Assembly (NCBI GenBank): GCA_964035545.1
Contig: OZ037768.1
Span: forward strand, 3,814,741-3,878,740
DNA: 64,000 bases
Direction of reading: 5' to 3'
DNA from: Bugula neritina
Lineage: Eukaryota; Animalia; Bryozoa
The number at the start of each line of letters is the position of its first letter. The stretch's first letter is position 1. Both the position numbers and the translations under genes were made by a program. Below, in pieces: positions 52,163-64,000 of this stretch. A model generated the notes under the pieces. That model searched no databases. It had not been told where the DNA came from and was given only the letters and a program-made list of their open reading frames with translations.

Positions 52163-55100
52163 TTAGACACTACTTTGCCGACACCTCTTCTTTGGAAGTG
52201 TGGTGTCGCGGTCTGATTGGCTACTAGATGTGGAAGGAGAAGACACTAACGAGTCATTAGAAAGACACGTCTGCACTGTGGAGTCTTGGCTCAGCACCTC
52301 TTTAGTTGATTTGCTAAGCATTCGACTAGTTTCATGTTTAACTCTAATTAACTGGTCATAGAGAATTTGTTTAGTATTTCGTTGCAAATCAGTTGTTAGA
52401 TCATCGATAAGCTTATTTATTTTATCTGTATGGATTGAGCTAGACAGTTCTTTGTATTCGTTAATCTCTTCTGTCAATTCTTTAACCTAAAAGCAAGAAC
52501 AAAGTTCTGATGGTTTTTTTATCAGTGAACTGGTGTATAATTGTGAATGCAACAAGAAACATTCTAATTTGAAATCATGGTCCTTTGCATGTACTTAAGG
52601 ACATTTTACGCGCAAAAGTAAGTGATGGCATATTAAACACAAACATTGCACAGATCGGATAGATTTTAACATATATGTAGCAATTGTTCAGCTAAGTACA
52701 GTAAGTATAAAATGCTTATGCACAGCTTTCTATCACTGAAACCGTATAAGAAATGCATAGATATTTTCATTAGCAAATTATGTATAGAATTGCTAAGAAC
52801 TATCATCTCTCAGTTAAACATTGCACTACCAACACCATTCAACTGTAAGAAGCTTCGGCTACTTGAAATCAATTGCATCCACAGACAAAAAGGCGGCCAC
52901 AGTATCGTAATTTTAGATTTGTATGGAATTGCTTTTTCATGAATTTTTATATAGCGGTCAATTTTTCCTCACTGCTTACTCTATCATTTTATTTGGGCAC
53001 TCAACGATGACTCTTTATTGGTAATGCAAGTTTACTTTTTCATATACTACATCCAGATTAATTAACTTTTTCGCTTCCTGTTAACTTGTAAAATTTAGAA
53101 GGAATTTAAGTGAACGGCAGACCATTCTGTTGGTACTTTTTAGGAGGCTTTAGCTGACAATATAGCAACTGTGAAAGAATCATACCTTGTTCACAAGTTG
53201 TGCATTTTGCTCTCTAAGTCGTTCATTTTCAATTCTAGCATCTTCCATCATTTTTAAATTTGTTTCTAAACTTTCCACATGCTGCTCTAAATCACATTTC
53301 TGTTGAAACAGCTCCTCATAAGTTAGCTATAATAATACAAAGTAAAATTGATTTCACCAAACTAGGATATTCGCACAACAGAGTAAATGATTAATTGTAT
53401 GCCTTCAGCATTAAACCAACCATAAACTGCTAAGCATTTACTATTATAAAAATGCTCTTTAACCATTGAAAATCTGCAAGTACAATAGATTGAAGCAAAC
53501 ACATCCTATACATGTGCAATAGCGCCTACCACAAACCTGAGAAGTTGGTCTCAAAAAACTTTCCTTATCATCTGCGAACGTTTCTCCATCTTGTATGATC
53601 ATGATTGTTTGTGCATCTTTTACATCAACAGTTTCATTGGCTGCCACTTGTGAAGAGTCTTGCTTAGAATTGATGAAAGGTTCCGATACATTATAATAAC
53701 CTGTAAATCCAGCAAATAATATTTGAAACAAGTATTCTTGAAACAGCTAAGACTAAATTCACATCTCGGGTTTTAAAAAGTTTAAAAAAATATACTACAA
53801 CTTTATACCCACAACTAAAATGGGGTTTATGGAAAAATCAATTATTGTTTGTACCCCTGAAAAAGCCTATTAGTGTTGCATCAATTATTATTAATACAAT
53901 GTTTCATGAACCAATTTAAATTTTTATTTACTGTTGTAATACCGATTACTTCATAACCAGCCAAACACTAAAATCTAGTACTTCATACCTCAATGAGTGT
54001 AACGGTCTTACAGAGCCAAGAAAAAATAGTGTGTGGCATCAAATAACCCAAATTAGTAGTATGACGGCATACTATTGTTGGCCTAACAGAGGAGGTTGTG
54101 CCGAGATATCATGTTAATTTAGAAACTAACAATTATGAACCAATGGGTGGTCGTGACTAGTTGCTTACCATCCGCCATTGTTTCATGCATACCAAAATCA
54201 CCATGATCTCCTATATGTTCCACAGCCTCGGCTGTTTCTGTGCTGTTCAAATTGTTCATCATTATGTTTACTTCCTACAGCATCATGTGTCAATAGTTAT
54301 ATGGGCAACTGATATCCGCTTATGCGTCATTAACAAAATGTACTCACTATGTAAGTATCACAAGTAGAAGCAATATTTTCTTGCAGTAAAAATACAACCC
54401 TAAAACCAATTTTAATACTCCTATTGTTGTGCCAACATAAATATTACACAAAATTGAGCAGGCATGCATTATAAATATAACAACCAACTGATACTCACAT
54501 TAAATGCAGAAAATATGGAATCAAAACCAAGAGACATGTTTCAGCAGAAAATAAAAATATTAGATAAATCAATAAAATTCATTTAAAGCGTTATGCAAAG
54601 TGTTATGATAGGTATTTTTACAATACAACAATTATAACTATTTTTACTATTCAACAATAGGTTTGCTGACTTGAGCCAAGCTAACTTAAATTAAATAACG
54701 AAATACTGCATTCTTGTATTTCTACCTGAGCCACCTGTATCTGAAAGGTGGTTTGAGGATTTCTAAAATGTGTTCTGTAGTGTTTAATAGCCTCATCTCG
54801 TCGATTGAAACCATTGCGGCATTTATAACAATGCCAATGTGGACCTTTGAACTTTTTCTCTCCTTTTATGGCACCAACAATATCGCAGCGGTCACAACAT
54901 CGCAATATTTTCAAACCTACAATATCAGATCGATGCTACATATTATGTCGAATTTTTTTTATAAATAGCTGAAATCTGTTTGCCAGTGGCCAGATATGCA
55001 GTCCACACAAAAATATTAAGTGAAAGAACTGGGAAATAGACATATATCATATATATTGCAATAAAATAGAGCATGGAATCAAAACATTTAATGTCAAGTT

Positions 55101-55478
55101 CAAAGTTTTAGTTAGGGACCACTTCACTAACCTGCAAAATCAAGTCCTTTGTCAACATGTTTGACTCTGTAATGGGCTCTTAGAATCACAGGATCTGAAA
55201 AGGTTTCAGTTTTGACACAAAAAGGACAATGCATGTGAGGTGGACGATCAACACATTTAGGGTGCACACATAACACTGGCTCATAGTTGTTTTCTGTACC
55301 TTTAATTCTTACACTGGGATGGGTCTAAAATATTATTTGCACACATCAATTAACAACATAGATATAAGACATTTTAATTTCGTTCAAAATCACAGCACAC
55401 CATTTGTAGAAGTGAATAGCCAGTTTACCAAATTATATTTTACTAAACAGATGTAAAACAAACCATGAATGCAGCCAT
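52163..55478 (-). CDS. Uncharacterised protein with N-terminal C2H2-like zinc fingers and a C-terminal coiled coil, about 7 exons
   Basis: MAAFM|THPS..HMHCPFCVK..LRAHYRVKH..|..WHCYKCRNGFNRRDEAIKHYRTH; later heptad-rich exons; GT-AG junctions. Confidence 0.75.
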
Positions 55479-56945
55479 GACAGCTTTCTAGTCCAAAACC
55501 AGTCGAAATAAAAATCTCGAGAAAATGATTTCACTGCATTTAACCAATCGATTGTCTACAATGAAATACATTCTAGCAGTTATTACGGATTTGCCATTTG
55601 TTCAGATGATGACGAGTCTGAAGAGACCCTAATCAACTGACTCAAAAATAAAAATATGATAAAATAGGTTTATTAAATACGTTTTAAATTTTGAGCACTA
55701 ACAATAGCAACTCTATGAGTTGGATTATATTGAATTAGATTGCAATTATTTTGGCCTTGTGAGTGAAATGAAAACTGTATTGAAGTTACAAAATAATGTG
55801 TTAACTATTTTCTTACACACATAATTTTGATACAAGTATGTTATAAATAGTATTTACTTTTCATGCCCAGCAAATCAATGGCAATATTAATTATTGTGGC
55901 AAAACTGTAAACAGAAAATTACTAGGTGAAATTAGCTCATGGAATTGAGGAATCTGACTTATATTATTAGTGTGTCAAACTATTTATACATTTATTCAAA
56001 CAGTTGTCACAATTACTAAGTTTGATTAATTCCAGCTGAGCTAGCAGTAAAATATATATTAGTGTTGTCATAATTCCCAAGGCTGAGTGAGGAATATGTA
56101 GGGAAGAGTACACATACTTTTTAATATTAATATTACGGTTAACTGATACTGCTTCATACCAGAGAAAAATCCCAAACAATAACTTCAAACCAGATTATAA
56201 ATTGAGGCAAGGCATTTTGTTGGTACTAGCATTTCATAACAATAGAGCTATTCTCAACTTGTAATTACGATATATATATATATAAAACAAGGAATAACAA
56301 AAATGTTAAAAGTTACACTATATAAATAACTGAAGCAGAAATTTTGCACTTTTTCACTGATGTTCCTTAAATCACAACATTATTTCATAAACATTTAATC
56401 GCAGTAAAAGATTTTAATTTTGACATACCTTTGTATAATATGCATTTATGTAGTGGTTAAAGTAAAACGGCTGCCATTTTACACAGTAATTAAGATTATT
56501 TTTTGATGTATGATTATTTGAGAAGCTGTATTAAACATTGAACAACATCAAATTTAGTAGCTGGCTGTATTAGATTTAGTACACTTGATGCAATATTTGT
56601 TACCTAAACATCATACTTTTTGCAATGGGCCTGTACTCTAATAAAAAAGCTTTAAACTCAAAATGTACTTCCCAGGTTAACACTCTCTATTGGCATGCAT
56701 TAATAATGCCATTATCATTGTGATCATTATTCTCACTTTAAGGATAAAAAATACAAATAATTTATTAACCTTAAGTAATGATAAATGATTAAAAATTAAG
56801 TTTAACTCATAGCTGTAACTGTAAGTTACTAACTGAACTCTTAGTGTATCAAGTGAGTAGTTGTACTATTATTGTTACCAATTTACCTAGTTACAGCTAG
56901 TTTTACTATCACTAAGTATGACTATCAGTATCACTATGAGTATGA

Positions 56946-57404
56946 GGGTTACTGTCGTTTCGTACACAAGTGGTTTTGTACACTGGTCGTTTCGTTTCGT
57001 TATACAAAATGGCTTTCTCGTACACAAACTGCTATCCATTTCACACACAAAATGAATAATGAATTAATCCATTGAATAACTACTTTAATGCTACTAGTTT
57101 AGACTACTTATTTATTGCATCCCCCTCAACTATTTTTTTTAACTATAAGTAGGTGCTGCCATCTACTGATATCTAAATCAAAAGAGCAGTTCCCCCTAAC
57201 ATCTAAATATGTCATATCATGATAATAAATAAGCATGCAGAGAAATGAAATGTGCAAGTTACCTGTGAGCAGTACTGAATGACTCATATATCAAATAATG
57301 AATAAATATAAACAATATGTATTTTTATTCATTTGTATTGATGTGTACGAAACGACCTGAAAAAGTGGGTATGAAACGACTTGTGTACAAAATGACCTGC
57401 ACCC
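56946..57404. mobile_element. Non-autonomous DNA transposon (MITE) with imperfect TIRs, subterminal gtcgtttcgtac repeats and an apparent 2-bp (GA) TSD
   Basis: Left end gggttactgtcgtttcgtacacaagt; right end reverse complement gggtgcaggtcattttgtacacaagt; inserted into an agtatg/agtatc array. Confidence 0.7.
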
Positions 57405-58380
57405 GAGTATCAGTATGAGATTGAGTAATACTAAAAGTATCACTATCAGTATGAGCATGACCGTGACAATAACTATAAGATTATGATTATCATTATGTAT
57501 CAATATGAATATTACTATTAGTATTACTATTAGTATTACTCTATTACAGTAATACTATTAGTATGTAGAACTAAATGTGAAACTAAAACTTAATCATATT
57601 GATATTCAATGAATATTCATATTCTAATTATGATTAATATTCATATTGAATTTGATATTCTTACTACTAGAGTACTACTACAAGTACTAGTAGTCACTCA
57701 GACTGTGACTCAGACTGTGAGTAGTACTAGTAGTATTAGTACAACTACAAGTTTATGAGAAACTCAAACTCAAAAAGTTGGGTCCAAGTTACTTACCAGT
57801 AAGTAACAATAATATCGACCCAGCTCTACAATAATCGTTTATAATACAAATATTACCAGCAATTTAATTTTTTGCGGCGATTCGCTTGCAGTTCCACTAG
57901 CCTATAGTTGCACTGCTATTCTAGTTCTACATACATAAAGCTGAATATAAGTACGTTTTTGTACATAACGTCATCTAAATTGTTGCTCAAATACAAAGAC
58001 CTTGACCTATTTGTTTTTCAGCATACAAAAGATGTTCATTTGTTGTTATGACAGACTTGCGTTATTTATATTATTATATTTGAACACTAACCAAAATATA
58101 ATATAATAACTCACAGTATGATTATAAAAGCTTATAATTATTATATCCATGCTGCTATTTGTCATCATTATGATATATTTGTTACATTATTATTTATTAT
58201 AATGAAAAATTATAGAAAAATGTGCAACCTTTGAGTTTGCTTTACAATTCTAAGGCTAAGCACCTAATTTCGTTTTTCTAGGCATTTGACTAGCGAGTCC
58301 TTATAAATATTTTTGTATGCTTTCTTGCATCAGTGTGGTAAAATATACCACACTGTCTTGCATTAACTTTACATCATTGA

Positions 58381-59330
58381 ATTCGATTCACAATGACAAT
58401 TACAATCACTATGCAGCAAGCTTATACATGTTATGCATATTATAATTGTACTCATACAATCATAATTATGTCATTAATGTGTAGCTAAAACTTTAATTTC
58501 GGATTCTGTAACTGTGTTTTTATTTAAACTTGAGTTAATATTATGCGTCCAGCAGTATTACTAATACTAATAGTAATAGTAATAGTAATTCCAACTCTAA
58601 GTCTAAGTCAAACTCAATGTTAAATTGTTAATTGTTATGATATTGATAATACTAATAGTGATAATAATTCAATATAAATATTAATATGATGATCATGGGT
58701 TAATCATTACGATGCTGAATATGGTAATCACTAACCATAATTATAATGATGATTATGATAATAATAATTGCCATAATCTTAATCATAATGCTAATGGAAA
58801 TAATGATACTCATACTGATAAAGTGATGGTGATAAATGTAATCAACTCATATTCATGATCATGATCGTAGCTGTAAAACTAAGTGTAGCTGTTAGTGTTA
58901 CTGTAAGATTAGGAGTAAGTCAAAGTGTGGCTAAAACAGTAAAAGTCAAAGTTGACTTGTAATTGTATCAGTATGTATTAACTAACGTCTAGCCGTAACA
59001 TTAACACTAAGTCTGACAAAGTATCAGTAACTCTAAGTCTAACTTAAAGTTACTTTTAGTAATAATTGCTGTTCCACGAGTGTAACTATTAGTATTACTG
59101 TTACTATTAGTAATAGTGTTAGTATTAGTAAGTCACACTAATTTACTAAAAATATGAATAACAAATAGTAATTATATTAATTCTTGTAAAACTAAAAGCA
59201 GTGGAATGGTAAATCTAAAGTTAATGTGAATGTCTAAGACTAAAAGTAAGTGACTAAGTCTAATAACTAAATAAGTTTAAGGGAAAACTAAATGTACTAT
59301 ATAACATTTTGAAACTTGAATATAGTTTAA
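58381..59330. repeat. (ANTNWN)n periodic array upstream of ADAT2; sister arrays at 56791-56945 and 57405-57775
   Basis: agtgta actatt agtatt actgtt actatt agtaat agtgtt agtatt. Confidence 0.8.
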
Positions 59331-59614
59331 ATATATCGTAGCCTAAGGTTAATCTAAATTTTTGTTTGCCACTAACATTGTGATGTTGAAACTGTGACTT
59401 TAGAAGCAAATTGACTTGAATTTGTGATAATCTGATATATGAATTGACATTTTTTTTTCTGAAAATTAATCTTTGCCTCAGGTCTGTTATATTCCTGTTT
59501 GTATACAACATCTATCAATTTGCAATGGCAAGTATATCAGTACTTTTTTTTTAATAAACTGCTGTAATAAGGATAGTTTTGCAGCACATTTTGCTTTTAC
59601 AAAATACAGTGATA

Positions 59615-60136
59615 ATGGATTCATTTGGTGAAGCAAATAAGTTCTGGATGTCAAAAGCTCTCAATGAAGCTAAAAAAGCTTTGGATCGTGGAGAAGTTCC
59701 AGTTGGCTGTATTTTTGTATGCAATAATGAAGTTCTCTCCACGGGAAGCAATAAAGTCACAGAAACAAAAAATGCCACTCAGCACGCTGAGATTGTTGCT
59801 ATAGATGAAATTATTGAACAGTGTGTTTCTAAGGGAGAGGATAGTGAAAAGCTCTTCAATTCCACCACTCTATATGTAACAGTTGAGCCCTGCATTATGT
59901 GCGCTGCTGCTCTCAGGCTGGTTGGCATTGGGGCAGTCGTCTTTGGGTGCCATAATGATAGGTTTGGTGGTTGCGGCTCTGTCAAGAATGTAGCTCAAGA
60001 CAATATTCTTCAGTATGGCAAGCCTTTAAATACTATTTCTGGGATATATTCAGAGGAATCAATTGAACTTCTAAAACAGTTTTACAAAGGTGAAAACCCA
60101 AATGCGCCTGGTCATAAAAAGAAAATAAAAGTTTAA
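59615..60136 (+). CDS. ADAT2: tRNA-specific adenosine deaminase 2, single coding exon
   Basis: GEVPVGCIFV, NATQHAE, LYVTVEPCIMC, VVFGCHNDRFGGCGSV, LKQFYKGENPNAP. Confidence 0.96.
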   Translation: MDSFGEANKFWMSKALNEAKKALDRGEVPVGCIFVCNNEVLSTGSNKVTETKNATQHAEIVAIDEIIEQCVSKGEDSEKLFNSTTLYVTVEPCIMCAAALRLVGIGAVVFGCHNDRFGGCGSVKNVAQDNILQYGKPLNTISGIYSEESIELLKQFYKGENPNAPGHKKKIKV

Positions 60137-60730
60137 TATACTTGACTTGTTTTTTTTTAATAATTTTATGTTTTCTAATACAGTTGACATTATATGATGT
60201 AGTACTTTTGAATTGCTTGTTTCGAAAAATTGTATTGATTTACTATGAGCATATTAGTTTTCAATAATCTGTACTGGCGTTGCATCTGATAGTTTTGATG
60301 TAAATATTGCAAGTAGATTTTTTCTGCTGCTTTACTAATTTACTGCTATATAATTATTATATAAAATATAATAATTTATAACATTTTATTTCACAGTCTA
60401 TTTCCATTAGCATTTATTCTTGAATTGTTTTATTACTTGTGAGAATAGAAGCATTAAATTTAGTTGGCTATATTCCAAAACAAAAATTACAATTTTTGTT
60501 ACATATTACACCCAATATTACACCCATATTACACCCAATATTTATTTTGATGTATTTTAATTTATCTAAATACATTTAATCATAACAGATTACAATGTTG
60601 TTTCAGCTAACATTCAGTAATACAGCGCTTACTATAATATGCACTTTTGTTCAAGTAGCGGCAACAATTTTTTTTCTCAACTTTTCATGCATCTGTTTAT
60701 TTGTGTCTTGATAACTTTTAGTGGCTCTAG

Positions 60731-63700
60731 ATGTTGTTGAAAAGATTTGGTGTACAGTGCCACCTACGGAGCTTATGTACTAGTTCCAAGTTATCTCGGC
60801 AAAAATTGGTCATTTTGGGCACTGGTTGGGGATCTTATAGTGTTCTCAAAAACATTGACAGAAAGTTGTATGATGTGGTTGTAGTTAGTCCAAGGAACCA
60901 TTTTCTTTTTACCCCTCTTCTCTGTAGCACCACTGTTGGTACTCTCGAGTTTCGGTAAGTCATTGAATTTTAGCCACAGCTTTAGTAGCTATTCTATAAC
61001 TACTAAACTACTTGCAAACTACTAGTGGTGTTTGAAATAAGACATTTTCAACTTTTTTAAGAAAGGCTTTTGTTTTGTTTCAATGGCTTTAATTAATGTA
61101 GAGTTTTGAAATCATGGACATGCTTTTATGGCATGTTAATGGTTTTAGTTTACTGTTGTGTTGGCTTTATATTTCTAGGTCTATTATTGAGCCTATAAGA
61201 CATTCTTTACATGGTCAAGAAAAAAACTATCATTGTGCAAAAGCTATCTCTTTGGACACTAACAAGCAGCTTCTAAGGTGTACCAACATTTTACACCCAG
61301 AACAGGGCGAATACGATTTACACTACGATAAACTTGTAATTGGTGTTGGTGCTACATCCAACACTTTCAATGTTCCTGGTGTCAAAGAATATGCATTCTT
61401 CTTGAAAGTATGTATACTCTCTCAGATAATATTATTGGTGATTCTAATAATAATGCATTTAATGTATTTTACTAGTCCATATTTTGCTTTTCTCTGTATA
61501 TATATATCTAATGACCATGTCCCATCCTAGCTAAAATCCTAATTTGAATTACTATTGAGTTGCTGCAGAATTTAAATGATGGCATGTTGAGGAGATTCCA
61601 CAAGTTTCCATAATTATGTTCAAATTATTTTATAAGAGTTTAGAATGACAGAACAATGTCACTCAACATTCTTTCATGTCACAAAAAAGTCTGAAAATGA
61701 CTCAATCTACTAATAATAAAGTTATATTTCCTATCAAATATTTTAGGTTATTTTTATTTATAGAAGAATGAAATTATGTTGATGCATGTTTACTGAAGAC
61801 TTATCTTTACATTGTCAGCATGTTTTTACATTGTATATAATTTTATGCTGAATAATAGGAATACATCTGCAGCTGTCTGCTGTTGAAAAAGTGTAACATC
61901 AGAATTATTTCAGGTATTTTATTTTCGTTTTTACGTTTAGGACATTTCAGATGCGAGGAAAATCCGAAATAAGTTGTTGTCAAATTTTGACTTAGCTCTG
62001 TCACCCTTGACTTCAGAAGAAGATCGGAAAAGATACGATCACATTGTAATTGTGGGGGGTGGACCTACAGGGGTGGAGTTTGGTGCTGAACTGTATGATT
62101 TCATGGAACAGGTAAATGAGTGGTACTCTTATTATATGTATCTTTGGCGACATTTACACACTTCTCATTGCTATTACTTGGGGACTGTATTCCATTTCAG
62201 TAACAGCCTGTAGTGATGAATTCAAGTTGGGATATATTTTATTTTATACTAATGTAGCGTGTTGCGCCAGTATTGAATCATCGTGTATAATAATATCCTA
62301 TTTCTTTCAAGTTGTATATATTGATAAGAGAAACTGATGGCTGTATTGCTTTTGCAAAATGTGAATATACGCTGAGTGTCAAATATCGTAGCAACTTTTG
62401 CACGTTGCCTGAAATGAAGTGTATATTTAGGACTTAAGAAAACTATACCCGAAGTCAAAGGAAGCTGCCAGAGTAACTCTGGTTGAGGCTAAAAATATCT
62501 TAGCATCATTTGATGACAAGTTGAGGCAGTATGCAGAGAAGAAAATTAACCAGAGAGAGCAGTTCTCCATAATGAGGGACTCAGTGGCTGGTAGGAAGTT
62601 TGACTTATATTTGTTTATAGTAAAGTGACGATAATCAGCTATTGACCCCTGTGAAAGATGTCGATATTTAAGCACATCATGTGACATAAATAGCAGTAGT
62701 GCTGGAGTTGCGTGCCCTCTCAGTTCTAAAGTTTTAATGAACACAACACTACATTCTATTCAGAATCAAAAGATCACAGGAATTGACTAAACTCAGTCCC
62801 ATGAACTTTGGGCTGTCTTGTAGTACTTATATGGTTAGATTGTTTGAGGAAATAAAATATCTTGGGTGAAGAGAGTAGAAAACTTTAATTTTGTTTAAAT
62901 AAAGCAGCAAAACATGCCAACCTACTTTTGCCAGTTGCGACTGTAACCCACTACAAGATTACATTCTGTGAACATCAAATATATGCTGTTTAATCACTGC
63001 TTTGAAAAGTTTGCTTGTTTCAAGGGATTTCTATTCCCAGCTCTGCATCTCTTTGCACCCTTATTTATTTTCCTTTGCCATTTTTTAAAAGCAGTTTCAT
63101 AGAAATATCCTATTTGTAAATGGTTTTATTTAAACATGTTGTAAATCAATAGACACAGCCCACTATGTCACCAGAATATACCAGCTATTGGTTTATTTCC
63201 ACACAAGTTTATACCAAAATTTGGAGTGTTAGAGTCGCATGATATATTCCATATCTATTAGATATGTTTAAAATATAATATATTATTCGCGGACAGCTAA
63301 TTCTCAAGTATTGCTCATTAAAAACCAAGTTAATGATAAATAAAGACAAAAATACATAAATGTTACATTACCATGCAATTGTAGAAGTCCGAAGTGATGG
63401 AGTCTTATTAAAGAGTGGCGTGTTTCTCCCATGTGGTCTGGTAGTGTGGAGTGCTGGTGTGGCTCCTACAGACTTCGTTAGTCAACTTCCTTTTGCTAAA
63501 AATGTGATTGGACAGGTTTGTGTCAAGTTTTAGGCCAACTCACTATACATAGCATACATAATATACTATACTAACTATACATACCCAGTATACTATACTA
63601 ACTATATTATACTAACTATACTATACTAACTATACATACCCAGTATACTCTACTAACTATACACTCTATACATACTAACTATACTGACTACTGATATTGT

Positions 63701-63910
63701 ATTCATAGGACACAGTATGTGACAGCTCTACATAGCATTAGTTATACTCACTACATATATTAGACCATGTAGTATCTGATGTGTTGTGGAATATCTTACT
63801 AGATACTTACTGACAGACATCTCAAAGTTGCTGGACTGGATAGTCAGAACGTGTATGCTCTAGGAGATTGTGCAGATATTGATGGGCACTCACTACCTTG
63901 CACTGGTCAG
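60731..63910 (+). CDS. Mitochondrial type II (alternative) NADH:ubiquinone oxidoreductase, NDH-2/NDA/Nde-like; continues past the right edge
   Basis: Arg/Leu/Ser-rich presequence-like N-terminus, [72 protein letters not shown]. Exons 60731-60954, 61179-61407, 61941-62111, 62431-62590, 63385-63515, 63803-63910. Confidence 0.93.
63540..63692. repeat. Degenerate (ctata/ctaa) low-complexity repeat in an NDH-2 intron
   Basis: tactatactaactatacatacccag and related units. Confidence 0.75.
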
Positions 63911-64000
63911 GTACTGTAGTGAAATTACATCATGCTGAACGACACTAATAATAAAGCCTTTTTGTCTTTATAGGCTCTAAAAATATATATCTATGGTTTT

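Overview
AT-rich, intron-rich eukaryotic (animal) genomic DNA, probably a marine invertebrate; the taxon cannot be fixed from the sequence alone. Ten spliced or single-exon protein genes can be reconstructed by hand: eIF3c (-, runs off left edge), NF-YB (-), TMEM98 (+), a short SH2-PTB tensin (-), a PNK/2H CNPase-like gene (+), RPL6 (-, with intronic C/D snoRNA candidates), INO80E (+), an unnamed C2H2-type zinc-finger/coiled-coil gene (-), ADAT2 (+) and a mitochondrial type II alternative NADH dehydrogenase (+, runs off right edge). Other elements are a 5'-truncated Rex1/Babar-like LINE, two MITE-like elements and many micro/minisatellites. Two non-gene patterns stand out. (1) Long degenerate 6-bp-periodic (ANTNWN)n arrays bracket each inferred promoter region. 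(2) Several tandem repeats multiply 5' splice-site sequences on the sense strand of their host genes. Also notable are a U12-type intron in NF-YB, a 12-nt microexon candidate in tensin, and a possible shared-leader or operon arrangement of ADAT2 and NDH-2. Exon boundaries were read by eye and may be off by a few bases.
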